NCBI GenBank assembly: GCA_031418775.1
Contig: JANOJN010000272.1
Location: 7,858-71,857 of the forward strand
Length of the DNA stretch: 64,000 nucleotides
Source of the DNA: Acidimicrobiia bacterium
Lineage (GTDB): Bacteria; Actinomycetota; Acidimicrobiia; Acidimicrobiales; JANYDT01
Direction of reading: 5' to 3'
How positions within the stretch are numbered: position 1 is the stretch's first letter; each line of letters opens with the position of its first letter. Positions 1-9,120 of this stretch are shown here, in pieces. The position numbers and the translations under genes were made by a program. The notes under the pieces are model-generated. The model was not told the origin of the DNA. It made no database searches and saw nothing but the letters and a program-made list of their open reading frames with translations.

Positions 1-223
1 CCTTGGCCAGGATCGAGTCGTCTACGTCGGTGATGTTGCGCACGCAGCGGGTCTCGTGGCCGAGGTCGCGCAGCCGTCGTTGGAGCACGTCGTACGTGAT
101 GAAACAGGCGGCGTGACCGATATGGGTGGTGTCGTAGGGCGTGACACCGCAGGTGTAGATCTTCACGATCGGGTCGGGTTCGAAGGGCACGACCGACCGG
201 CGGGCGGTGTCATAGAGCTTCAT
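1..223 (-). CDS. mshC: 5' part of MshC-like (CysRS-related) class I ligase, runs off the window's left edge
   Basis: My translation from ATG at 223: MKLYDTARRSVVPFEPDPIVKIYTCGVTPYDTTHIGHAACFITYDVLQRRLRDLGHETRCVRNITDVDD. It has CG-x-TPYD, HIGH and NITDVDD; TPYD resembles MshC more than CysRS (TVYD). Not in the ORF track. Confidence 0.6.
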   Translation of the reverse strand, partial: MKLYDTARRSVVPFEPDPIVKIYTCGVTPYDTTHIGHAACFITYDVLQRRLRDLGHETRCVRNITDVDDSILAK

Positions 224-292
224 CGGCACGGCGAACGTTCTAGACGACAGACGGAGACTCGGCAGGCTGCTCGCCCACGCGACGGTGAAGGG

Positions 293-949
293 TCACGCAT
301 CGATCCCGGTCATGCGCAGGGCCGACCGGGTCTTGTAGCGCATGTTGAGTTGGAGCAGAACCGCGGCGAAGGCCTCGATCGGAGCAGCGTTCGACAGTCC
401 ACCGGTGTCGAGCGGGCGACAGCCGGGGATCTTGCGGACGATGTCGGCAGTGACCTCGGTGGCCTTGATGTGGTCGGAGCAGATCAACACGTCGCTCTCG
501 ATAGGTTCGGTGATGTTGCCGAGTTCGCGCGCGGGCAGGTGGTGGAAGGCCCCGGCGACGAGTGCGCGCGGAACGATCGCCTGGACGCTTGCCGCGACAG
601 ATCCTCTCGGCGGAACGAGCGGCTGGAACTCCGGCCCGACCTTGGCGAGGGCGTTCGCCATCGAGATGACGACCTTGTTCTTGAGGAGATCGGCGACGCT
701 CAGGGCGGTCGAGGCGGTGGACTCCCATGGGGTGGCAATGATGACGACGTCGGCCGTGGCCGCGCCGGTGTTGGTGTCGGCCGTCAACGACAGCTTGTGA
801 TCCGGCCAGCGCTCCAGGATCGAGTCGACAGCCTCCATGGCCTTGTACTTCGATCGGGAGCCGATCACCACGTCGTAGCCGACCGATGCGAGTCGGGCCG
901 CGAGCCCGCTTCCGGCCGGACCGGTACCACCAAGGACTGCGATTCGCAT
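293..949 (-). CDS. npdG: NADPH-dependent F420 reductase
   Basis: MRIAVLGGTGPAGSGLAARLA...VIGSRS Rossmann start, SMANAL, AFHHLPA, D-x-G-x-L-x-NA. Start taken at the second Met (949). Confidence 0.85.
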   Translation of the reverse strand: MRIAVLGGTGPAGSGLAARLASVGYDVVIGSRSKYKAMEAVDSILERWPDHKLSLTADTNTGAATADVVIIATPWESTASTALSVADLLKNKVVISMANALAKVGPEFQPLVPPRGSVAASVQAIVPRALVAGAFHHLPARELGNITEPIESDVLICSDHIKATEVTADIVRKIPGCRPLDTGGLSNAAPIEAFAAVLLQLNMRYKTRSALRMTGIDA

Positions 950-1156
950 ACGCCGACTCTTGTCCAAACCAGCAGGTCGGCGCCAACCGAAACGGTGGTG
1001 ACCTCGGTCGCACCGGCCCGGGAAACGTCGTTCTTCGCGCCGGCGCAGCCCGTGAGGCGTAACCTGCTCAACGGCATCACGGTCCGACCCGGGCTGGTCC
1101 AGATGCCGATACGAGTGCCTGGTCCGAGCGGCTGGCCTGAGTGAAGGGTGCGCCAG

Positions 1157-1945
1157 ATGGGGTTGCTCACAGGGAAACGCTTGCTGATCACCGGGGTGCT
1201 GACCGATGCGTCCATCGCCTATGGGGTCGCCCAGACCGCGCTCGACGAGGGTGCCGACATCGTCTTGACGGGCGCTGGTCGGGGCCTGTCACTGACCGAA
1301 CGAATCTCCCGCAAGATTCGACTCCCGGCCGGGATGGATCCGATCGAGGTGCTCGAGCTCGACATCACTTCCTCCGAGCAGATGGACGCCGTGGTCGCCC
1401 GCCTCACCGAGAAGTGGGGAGCCCTCGACGGCTGTCTCCATGCCATTGGCTTCGCCCCGCAATCGTGCCTCGGCGACGACTTCTTCGCCGCATCCTGGGA
1501 CGATGTCGCCACGGCGGTGCAGATCTCGACCTATTCCTACAGCGTCCTCGCCAAGGGTCTTCGTCCGCTGTTTCAGGCAGCCGGCGGAGGCGCGCTCGTC
1601 GGTCTCGACTTTGATGCCACCGTCGCCTGGCCGGCCTACAACTGGATGGGCGTGGCCAAAGCCGGACTCGAATCGCTGAACCGGTATCTCGCCCGCGAGC
1701 TCGGCCCCGACGGTGTCCGCGTGAACCTGGTTGCGGCCGGTCCGCTGAAGACGCTCGCCGCCAAATCCATCCCCGGGTTCTCCAAGTTCGAGGACGTCTG
1801 GACCGAGAAGGCCCCGCTCGGCTGGGACGTCAAGGATTCGTCGGCAGTGGCGAAGGCGTGTTGCGCACTCCTGTCCGACTGGTTCCCGATGACCACCGGC
1901 ACGATGATCCATGTCGACGGCGGCTTCCGGGCGATGGGGGCCTGA
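1157..1945 (+). CDS. fabI: Enoyl-ACP reductase FabI/InhA
   Basis: LITGVLTDASIAY, HAIGFAP, YNWMGVAKAGLES catalytic Y-x6-K, AGPLKT. Confidence 0.92.
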   Translation: MGLLTGKRLLITGVLTDASIAYGVAQTALDEGADIVLTGAGRGLSLTERISRKIRLPAGMDPIEVLELDITSSEQMDAVVARLTEKWGALDGCLHAIGFAPQSCLGDDFFAASWDDVATAVQISTYSYSVLAKGLRPLFQAAGGGALVGLDFDATVAWPAYNWMGVAKAGLESLNRYLARELGPDGVRVNLVAAGPLKTLAAKSIPGFSKFEDVWTEKAPLGWDVKDSSAVAKACCALLSDWFPMTTGTMIHVDGGFRAMGA

Positions 1946-2454
1946 TGGCCGAGAAGCCGGGTTCGCAACGACGGGTCGGGGTGCAGCCGTTCTCCAGAGA
2001 GATGGTGCAGGACCATCTCGACCGGATGGAGCTCAAGTTCGTCACCGACGACGACGGCGACTTCACCGTCGACTTCGGCCTCAACGACGAAGAGGAAATC
2101 CTCCTGCGTGTGCTGATGAGTGCCGAGGGTCCGAACGAGGACATCTTCGTGATCCGGGGCGTGACCAACCTGATGGTGCCGAAGACGCTGTGGCCCAAGG
2201 TCATGGCCGGCTGCAACCAGTGGAACCAGGAGCGCCGCTACCCGAAGGCGTATCTGTTCGTGCCCGAGAACGAGGAAACGCTGTTCGGGACGATCCATCT
2301 GGAAGGCCAGTTCCCGCTGGGCGCTGGCGTCACCCAACCGCTCGTCGACGAGCTCATCACCACGTTGGTGCAGACATCCTTCGCGTTCTGGCAGGACGCG
2401 TTCGAGTCGGGCCTCCTGGCAGAAGAAGAAATGCCGGAGACGCCGAACGACTGA
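1945..2454 (+). CDS. YbjN-like domain protein
   Basis: ATG overlaps fabI TGA (TGATG); acidic ~170 aa protein with CNQWNQERRYPKAY resembling YbjN/CesT-like folds. Confidence 0.55.
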   Translation: MAEKPGSQRRVGVQPFSREMVQDHLDRMELKFVTDDDGDFTVDFGLNDEEEILLRVLMSAEGPNEDIFVIRGVTNLMVPKTLWPKVMAGCNQWNQERRYPKAYLFVPENEETLFGTIHLEGQFPLGAGVTQPLVDELITTLVQTSFAFWQDAFESGLLAEEEMPETPND

Positions 2455-2479
2455 GTTCGGGGATCGTCAGCCGGCGGCG

Positions 2480-3862
2480 TCAGCCCGCCGCGTGTCTGGG
2501 GTTGGCGATGGCCACTCGGACATCGACGACTGACCGCAGCGCGGCGAGGACCTCGTCGTGGCGCGCGTCGAGGTGTCCGTTCTTGATGGCGTCGGCGAGG
2601 GCCGCTTCGCCGTCGTAGCCCAACGTCGTGGCGGCGGCTCGTTGGGCGGCTTCGAGTCGGGGCCGCAAGGCAATCTCGCGTTCGACGATCGCCAAGACGT
2701 TCTGAGCAACTCGTGCGTGGAAGGCGATGCGTCCTTCGGTCGCGGCCATGACATCGCGTTCGAGGTACCCGCGCACGGCATCGAGGAGGTGACGAGATGA
2801 CGGAAAGCCGATGTCGTCTCCGCTCTCCGCGGCGGTTGCAGTCGGGGTCACGGGCGCAACCGTGATGGTCGTCGCGGGCGGTGCCCCCATGAGCGTCAGG
2901 AGATCGTGTTCCTGTTCGGCGATCCGGCGACCGATGGCGGCGAGCTCGACGCTCGGCAACCCCCCGGACGTGTGGGCATTGCCCTGGGTCACGCACATCA
3001 CGCCCCACATGAGCGTGCCGGCGACGATCCACCAGTGCACGCGTGCGGCGTCGACCTGAGGATGTCCGTTGGCGAGGTGGTACGCACGCAGAAGATCCTC
3101 GATGGATCCAATGCCGGCGACTTCATGCGGGCTCCCGAAGCGCCACGCCCGCACGCTCAGCCAACCGAGGTCCTCGGCCGGGTCGCCGAGATGGGCGAGT
3201 TCCCAGTCGAGAACAGCAGCCAATCCGGTGGGTTGGACGATCACGTTGCCGAGGCGAAAGTCGCCGTGAACGATCACCGGGTCGATCGGCTTCGGGCGAT
3301 GCGCATCGAGCCAACGAAAGGCGAGCTCGAACGTTGGGCTGTGATGCCCGAGGAGGTCGAGAACCTCGCGATACTTCTCCAGGGGGTGCATCTCGCCGAG
3401 TCCTGGCACGGATTCGGGGGCGACAGCGTGGAGCAGCGCGGCGGCTTCGCCAAGCTGGCTCACGAGAACCGATCGTGCGTGTGCATAGGGTTCGTCACGA
3501 AGGATCTTGCGGGCAATCGTCTCGCCGTCAACGTGGTCCATCACGAGAAAGCCCGTCTCGAGCACGTTGTCATCGGCGTCGCCGCTCGCCCGGATCGTCG
3601 GGACGGGAACACCGGCCCGGGCCGCCGTCTCGAACAGGATCGCTTCCAGCGGCATCCCGCCGGTGCGGCCGATGGGGAGCGGGAGCCCTGGTGGGTCGCG
3701 CCGCAGAATCAGCGGTCGGGTCGCGCCGTCAGCCTCCTTGGCGTCGAACGACCACGTCTCCCGACTGGCGCCGCCACTCAAACGACGGAGCCCGTCGATC
3801 TCGGCACCGAGCAGGCGAGCCAACCGGTCGCGAAGGTCAGCGGTGCTCGTCGGAGAAGTCAC
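2480..3862 (-). CDS. APH-family phosphotransferase (acyl-CoA dehydrogenase-associated type) with C-terminal helical domain
   Basis: LSGGASRETW, HGDFRLGN, DWELAHLGDPAEDLGW. Confidence 0.85.
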   Translation of the reverse strand: MTSPTSTADLRDRLARLLGAEIDGLRRLSGGASRETWSFDAKEADGATRPLILRRDPPGLPLPIGRTGGMPLEAILFETAARAGVPVPTIRASGDADDNVLETGFLVMDHVDGETIARKILRDEPYAHARSVLVSQLGEAAALLHAVAPESVPGLGEMHPLEKYREVLDLLGHHSPTFELAFRWLDAHRPKPIDPVIVHGDFRLGNVIVQPTGLAAVLDWELAHLGDPAEDLGWLSVRAWRFGSPHEVAGIGSIEDLLRAYHLANGHPQVDAARVHWWIVAGTLMWGVMCVTQGNAHTSGGLPSVELAAIGRRIAEQEHDLLTLMGAPPATTITVAPVTPTATAAESGDDIGFPSSRHLLDAVRGYLERDVMAATEGRIAFHARVAQNVLAIVEREIALRPRLEAAQRAAATTLGYDGEAALADAIKNGHLDARHDEVLAALRSVVDVRVAIANPRHAAG

Positions 3863-3924
3863 AACGTGAGCTTGGCAGTTGTGGCCGGGCTCGGCCCAGT
3901 CGTCGGCGTCCTACGCTGGAGACG

Positions 3925-4524
3925 ATGGGCCGCCGCGGATCACCAATCCAACGACGCGTCGTCAGCCTGGTGTCGCTCGCCATCACGCTGGCCGCGGTGC
4001 TCGTGCCGACGATCAGCAATCTCCGGTCGTCACCACGGGCGGAGGCACAATCGACCCGCGCCTCGCAGTCGGTGGGGGCGTCGTCGTCGGGGCCGGGGTC
4101 GTCGGCCTCGTCTGCGTCTTCATCCTCGTCGTCGTCGGCCTCGTCGGCCTCGTCGTTATCCGCTTCGTCGGTGTCGTCGTCGTCGAAATCGGCTTCGTCG
4201 TCGTCGGCAACGTCCAACCGCACCGATCCTCGGCTTCGGCGCATCGGCTTCGCGTCCGAGCGTGGACTCGACTCGCACTGGCGAAAGCACGGGTCGGAAT
4301 TCAACGTCTCATCCAAGGCGCAGTACCTCGCCATGGCCCAGCACCTGCGCGACGCGCCTTTGTCGAGCCGGGTGATCGAGGCGCCCCAGGCCAACGGCTC
4401 CTACGCGCGTTTCGACCGGACCACCGGCGCGTTCGTCGCCTTCAACCGCGACCTCACCATCCGCACCTTCTTCCGGCCCGACGACGGCGAGTCCTACTTC
4501 CTCCGAGCCGTCAACCGCCGGTAG
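3925..4524 (+). CDS. Secreted/membrane-anchored protein: signal/TM, Ser-rich linker, C-terminal toxin-like (putative RNase) domain
   Basis: GGAG before ATG 3925; hydrophobic VVSLVSLAITLAAVLVP; poly-Ser tract ~4060-4215; HWRKHGSEF...QYL...RFDRTTGAFVAFNRDLTIRTFFRP. Confidence 0.65.
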   Translation: MGRRGSPIQRRVVSLVSLAITLAAVLVPTISNLRSSPRAEAQSTRASQSVGASSSGPGSSASSASSSSSSSASSASSLSASSVSSSSKSASSSSATSNRTDPRLRRIGFASERGLDSHWRKHGSEFNVSSKAQYLAMAQHLRDAPLSSRVIEAPQANGSYARFDRTTGAFVAFNRDLTIRTFFRPDDGESYFLRAVNRR

Positions 4525-4533
4525 GCGCGCTGG

Positions 4534-5532
4534 TCACGGGAGCTTCGTGGTGACCGGTCCGGACGGCGGGATCGCGACGGTTCCCGTGAAATTGAGGTCT
4601 ACTGCGAACGCCTTGTTCCACGTGGTGATCGAGATGGTTCGGCGATTCGGTCCGGGAGTGGTGGAGACGTAGACAAAGGCCGTGATCGTGGCCCCGTCGA
4701 CGGTTCTCCGCCAACGGCTGACGACGAGCGTTGGCGACGTTGCCGTCTCTTCGAGGGCCCAACCGCTCGCGGTCATCTGGTCGGCGGCCAGCGCGTGCAA
4801 CTCGGCCACGGCTCGGGGCGTTTCCACCGTGAAGTCCGCAGTGTCCGAGGTCAGCGAGCCGGTGCCCGCCTTCTGGTTCACGATGACGATACCGGGGGAT
4901 AACGTCAGCTTGGGAACGCGCATGGCGTTCTGCAACTCGGTGAGTTGCGGCAGCCCCGACGCCGTCCCGCACGGCCTCGTGAGGTCGACGACGATCACGG
5001 TGGTGGCTGCGGGCACTGGAGTGCTACGGACCGAAACGGCCCTGTTGCCGCGGCAGTAGGTCCGGGACTGCGGTGCGTTGAATGGGACCTGACCGATCGA
5101 CGGGCTCGGGGTTGGCTGCGTCCAGCCGTCGGAAAGGAACCGTTGGTGCCACTGATCGAGCGTGGCTGATGAAGCGTTCGGGACATCGAAGTAGGTCTCC
5201 GAGATCGTGGAGGGCGTGGCGTTCCCACCTGCAAACGGGGGTTCGAAGACGCGGTCGATCGTTCCCAATGTCGCCCAACCCTTTGGGATGGGCGGGAGTG
5301 CCGAGCGCAAGGCAGGGTCGACAAACCCGGGACGGAGCCGCAACTTCACTGGCGCGCCCTGCGCGAGCGCTCGTTCGGCAAGACGTTTCCATGCGTCGAT
5401 CGAGGTGCTGCCGGCATTGGCGTTCGCAACGAGTGATCCGCCCATGACGACAACAACGAGTGCCACGGCCATTGCCGATTGAAACGGGCGTCGCGAACGG
5501 CGTTCGGTGGACCTGCTGCGTGTTGACGACAT
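4534..5532 (-). CDS. Hypothetical secreted protein
   Basis: Basic N-terminus plus hydrophobic segment ending ANANA; two similar segments with F/M-xxx-GW motifs (FLSDGW, MTASGW). Confidence 0.6.
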   Translation of the reverse strand: MSSTRSRSTERRSRRPFQSAMAVALVVVVMGGSLVANANAGSTSIDAWKRLAERALAQGAPVKLRLRPGFVDPALRSALPPIPKGWATLGTIDRVFEPPFAGGNATPSTISETYFDVPNASSATLDQWHQRFLSDGWTQPTPSPSIGQVPFNAPQSRTYCRGNRAVSVRSTPVPAATTVIVVDLTRPCGTASGLPQLTELQNAMRVPKLTLSPGIVIVNQKAGTGSLTSDTADFTVETPRAVAELHALAADQMTASGWALEETATSPTLVVSRWRRTVDGATITAFVYVSTTPGPNRRTISITTWNKAFAVDLNFTGTVAIPPSGPVTTKLP

Positions 5533-5640
5533 TGCCGGCTCCCTTTCTCGATTTCCACCAAGTCTTCCCGCATCGGATCGTCCACGCGTAGATCAGACGA
5601 ACTCACGCACACCTCGGCGAATAGTGCTTGAACCTGCCCG

Positions 5641-5810
5641 GCGGATCTGGGTGAGGTGCGCGTGGAAGCGGGCCAGGTGCGCGTGAAGCGCCGCAGATCG
5701 CCTCGCCGGTGCCGCAGATCGACCGTTTTTCGTGCCTGAACGTCGGGAAAGTGGTCGATGTGCGGCGTGGAGCTGTCGATGTGCGGCAGGAAGTCGTCGA
5801 TGTGCGGCGG
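5641..5810. repeat. Intergenic direct-repeat array with 21-bp periodicity
   Basis: GTCGATGTGCGGC at 5754, 5775, 5796; AGGTGCGCGTG at 5654, 5675; GCCGCAGATCG at 5690, 5711. Confidence 0.8.
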
Positions 5811-5820
5811 AACGGTTCCG

Positions 5821-6561
5821 CTACTCGACCAGGCGGAGGCCGGTGGGGGCGATGGAGCTCTCGACCTGGGGGAGATCGACGACGAACTCGGTGCGGTGGG
5901 CGGGGAAGACAAACTCGCTGAGCAGGATGGCTTTGCCGTCGGTGTCGTTGGTGATGCGCTCGCACCGGAGCACCGGCGAGAGGGGCGGTATGCCGAGGAG
6001 GACGGCATCAGCGTCCGACGCCGCGGCGGCCCCGATGGTCTGGGTGGCGCCGCCGACCCGGACGGGGAGCACGTCATAGAAGGTCGTCCGTTCGATCGCG
6101 GCCCGGGAGATCTCGGCACCGAGATGTTCCGGAACCCACACCGTCACGCGGGCGAAGGGCGTCCCGTCGGCGAGGTTGAGTCGCCGCACCTGGAGGACGG
6201 TATCGACGCCGAGCACCTCGCGAGCCCGCTTCGGGGCGCGCACGAAACCGAACTCGAGCACCCGCCGTTCCGGGGTGATGCCGTTCTCGGCGAGCTGATC
6301 CTCCAGGGTTCCGAGACGGCCGAGGGACTGACGCAGCGGCGTAGCGGCGACGAACCAGCCGAATCCCTGACGGGAGTCGACCAGCCCCTCGTCGCGGAGC
6401 GCGGCAAACGCCTTGCGGACCGTGACCCGGGAGGCTTCATGGGCGGCGGACAGCTCCGACTCCGACGGCAAGAGCGCACCTGCGGCCAGTTCGCCCGAGG
6501 CAATCCGAGCCCGCAGGGCGTCGGCGATGGCCCGGTACCGAAATGCCCCACGCTCGCTCAC
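5821..6561 (-). CDS. GntR-family regulator, HutC/UTRA subfamily
   Basis: [13 protein letters not shown]...LLPSESEL...SRVTVRKA...GFGWFV wHTH followed by UTRA domain; GTG start at 6561 inferred. Confidence 0.9.
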   Translation of the reverse strand: MSERGAFRYRAIADALRARIASGELAAGALLPSESELSAAHEASRVTVRKAFAALRDEGLVDSRQGFGWFVAATPLRQSLGRLGTLEDQLAENGITPERRVLEFGFVRAPKRAREVLGVDTVLQVRRLNLADGTPFARVTVWVPEHLGAEISRAAIERTTFYDVLPVRVGGATQTIGAAAASDADAVLLGIPPLSPVLRCERITNDTDGKAILLSEFVFPAHRTEFVVDLPQVESSIAPTGLRLVE

Positions 6562-6585
6562 TTGTACTATACTTGTCTTGTTTTC
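6562..6585. promoter_or_regulatory. AT-rich segment with overlapping divergent -10-like hexamers (gntR / aconitase)
   Basis: TATACT on + (6568-6573), TATAGT on - (6571-6566) 4 nt before the gntR GTG; CTTGT at 6561, 6572, 6577. Confidence 0.4.
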
Positions 6586-6642
6586 CTGCCGAAGCAACTA
6601 CCAGCCGCCGTCGTAGTCGAAACCCGAACCGAGGAGTCCCCC

Positions 6643-8922
6643 ATGGCCGTCGTCGCCAACACCCCGCTCAGCCTCGTCGAGGTGGTCTACTCCAAGCTCG
6701 GCGCCAACGTCGCCATCGGCCGCCGGCGTCTCGGCCGGTCAATGACGCTCGCCGAGAAGATCCTCTTTGGCCACATGCGAGACGCCAACACCGACGGGTT
6801 CGACCGCGGGGTGACCTATGGCGACTTCTTCCCCGATCGGGTCGCCATGCAGGACGCCACCGCACAGATGGCGCTCCTCCAGTTCATGACCGCCGGCCTG
6901 CCCCAGGTTGCCGTGCCGTCGACCGTCCACTGCGACCACCTGATCCAGGCCCGGGTCGGCGCGATCAAGGACCTCGAAGTCGCCAACGACACCAACCGCG
7001 AGGTCTACGAATTCCTCCGCTCGGTGTCGGCCAAGTACGGCATCGGCTTCTGGAAGCCCGGTTCGGGCATCATCCACCAGGTCGTCATCGAGCAGTACGC
7101 GTTCCCTGGAGGCATGATGATCGGCACCGACAGCCACACCCCGAACGCCGGCGGCCTCGGCATGATTGCCATCGGGGTCGGCGGCGCCGACGCCGTCGAC
7201 GTGATGGTCGGTCTGCCGTTCGGTGTCCGCTACCCGAAGCTCATCGGCGTGAAGCTCACCGGCCGCATGAGCGGGTGGACGAGCGCCAAGGACGTGATCC
7301 TCAAGGTCGCCGACATCCTCACCGTCGAAGGTGGCACCGGTGCGATCGTCGAGTACTTCGGCCCCGGCGTGGCGAACATCAGCGCCACCGGTCGGGCCAC
7401 GATCTGCAACATGGGCGCCGAGATCGGGGCGACCACTTCACTGTTCCCCTACGACCACGAGACCGCGCTCTACCTCAAGGCCACCGGGCGTGAAGACATC
7501 GCCGACCTCGCTGATAAGCACACTGATCTTCTGCGCGCAGATGAAGACGTCGAAGCGAATCCGGCCAAGTACTTCGATCGGATCGTCGAGATCGACCTCG
7601 ACACCCTCGAACCGCACATCAACGGCCCGATGACGCCCGATCTCGCCCACCCGGTGTCGAAGATCGGTGCCAACGCCAAGGCGGCAGGCTGGCCTCTCGA
7701 ATTGTCAAGCGCGCTTATTGGCTCATGCACGAACTCGTCGTATGAAGACATGACGCGTGTCGCCTCGATCGCCCGTCAGGCCGCGGCCTCGGGGCTGACG
7801 GTGAAGACGCCGCTCCTCGTCACTCCCGGCTCTGAGCGGGTGCGGGCCACGATCGAGCGCGACGGCATCCTCGCCGACCTCGAAGCCATCGGCGCCACCG
7901 TGCTCGCCAATGCCTGCGGGCCGTGCATCGGCCAGTGGAAGCGCGACGACATGGCCGACGGCACGCCGAACTCGATCATCAATTCCTACAACCGCAACTT
8001 CCCGAAACGCAACGACGGCTATGGCTCGACGAACTCCTTCGTCGCCTCGCCCGAGACCGTCATCGCCTATGCACTCGCCGGCACGCTCGACTTCAACCCG
8101 CTGACCGATGCCCTCACGGCGACCGACGGTTCGTCGGTGATGCTGGCCGAGCCGATGGGGGAGAAGCTTCCGGCGAAGGGCTTCGAGTCCGGCGACACGA
8201 TGTTCGAAGCACCGCCGGCCGACGGCTCGGGCGTCACCGTGAACGTGTCACCGACATCGGACCGTCTGCAGCTGCTCGACCCGTTCAGCGTGTGGGACGG
8301 CAAGGACTTCGAGAAGTTTCCCGTGCTCATGAAGGCCAAGGGCAAGTGCACCACCGACCACATCTCCATGGCGGGGGTGTGGCTGAAGTATCGAGGTCAC
8401 CTCGAGAACATCTCCGGCAACCTGTTCATCGGTGTGAACAACGCGTTCACCTCCGAGCCGGGCATGGGATGGAACACGCTCACCCAGTCCGAGGCCATGA
8501 TCCCCGACGTTGCCAAGGCTTGGGGCACAAGCGGTGTCCGATGGGTCGCCGTGGGCGATCAGAACTACGGCGAGGGCTCGTCACGCGAGCACGCCGCCAT
8601 GGAGCCCCGTTATCGCGGTGCGGCGGTGATCATCTGCCGGAGCTTCGCCCGCATCCACGAGACGAACCTGAAGAAGCAGGGCGTGCTGCCCCTCACTTTC
8701 GCCGATCCGGCCGCCTGGGAAAAGATCGGCAAGGACACGCGGGTGTCCGTCGTCGGTCTCGCATCGCTGGCTCCCGATCAGCCGGTGAAGGTGCTGCTGC
8801 ACCAGGTCGACGGTTCCGTCGACGAGATCAGCTGCAAGCACACGATGAACGACGAGCATCTCGGCTGGTTCCGTGCCGGCGGCGCGCTCAACCTGATTCG
8901 TGCAGCCGCCGGCAACCGCTAG
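6643..8922 (+). CDS. acnA: Aconitate hydratase, mitochondrial/Bacteroidota-type (~759 aa)
   Basis: GAGGAG RBS; [84 protein letters not shown]. Confidence 0.95.
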   Translation: MAVVANTPLSLVEVVYSKLGANVAIGRRRLGRSMTLAEKILFGHMRDANTDGFDRGVTYGDFFPDRVAMQDATAQMALLQFMTAGLPQVAVPSTVHCDHLIQARVGAIKDLEVANDTNREVYEFLRSVSAKYGIGFWKPGSGIIHQVVIEQYAFPGGMMIGTDSHTPNAGGLGMIAIGVGGADAVDVMVGLPFGVRYPKLIGVKLTGRMSGWTSAKDVILKVADILTVEGGTGAIVEYFGPGVANISATGRATICNMGAEIGATTSLFPYDHETALYLKATGREDIADLADKHTDLLRADEDVEANPAKYFDRIVEIDLDTLEPHINGPMTPDLAHPVSKIGANAKAAGWPLELSSALIGSCTNSSYEDMTRVASIARQAAASGLTVKTPLLVTPGSERVRATIERDGILADLEAIGATVLANACGPCIGQWKRDDMADGTPNSIINSYNRNFPKRNDGYGSTNSFVASPETVIAYALAGTLDFNPLTDALTATDGSSVMLAEPMGEKLPAKGFESGDTMFEAPPADGSGVTVNVSPTSDRLQLLDPFSVWDGKDFEKFPVLMKAKGKCTTDHISMAGVWLKYRGHLENISGNLFIGVNNAFTSEPGMGWNTLTQSEAMIPDVAKAWGTSGVRWVAVGDQNYGEGSSREHAAMEPRYRGAAVIICRSFARIHETNLKKQGVLPLTFADPAAWEKIGKDTRVSVVGLASLAPDQPVKVLLHQVDGSVDEISCKHTMNDEHLGWFRAGGALNLIRAAAGNR

Positions 8923-8923
8923 C

Positions 8924-9078
8924 GTCGCGAATCGGAAGTGGCTCGCGGAATTCGCGAGTCAGATTTCGTTGTGGCAAGGACGCAGGAGGCAGCGCCTGCC
9001 TTGTCCAACCGCAACGACGAGGACGCCGCCACGGCGGAATCTGGCCGAGAATCCCGCAGCGGACTTGCGATTCGGGAC
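8924..9078. repeat. Long imperfect inverted repeat (about 50-nt arms) between convergent genes
   Basis: Arm 8924-8975 pairs with 9028-9078; internal hairpins CTCGCG/CGCGAG and CAAGG...CCTTG. Confidence 0.7.
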
Positions 9079-9120
9079 ACGAAGCACGCGTAGCCTTTTG
9101 CCGGTAACCCTCTGCTGACG

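Noticed and set aside
5641-5810. Possible CRISPR array
   Set aside because: Repeats are 11-13 bp with 8-10-bp spacers, far shorter than CRISPR units, and no cas genes are present.
6561-6582. Canonical HutC-family operator (GT-x-TA-x-AC)
   Set aside because: The closest match (GTATAGTAC on the minus strand) needs an insertion; recorded only as an AT-rich promoter region.
5758-6642. 295-aa N-terminal extension of aconitase suggested by the ORF track
   Set aside because: It overlaps gntR on the opposite strand, and a GAGGAG RBS precedes ATG 6643.
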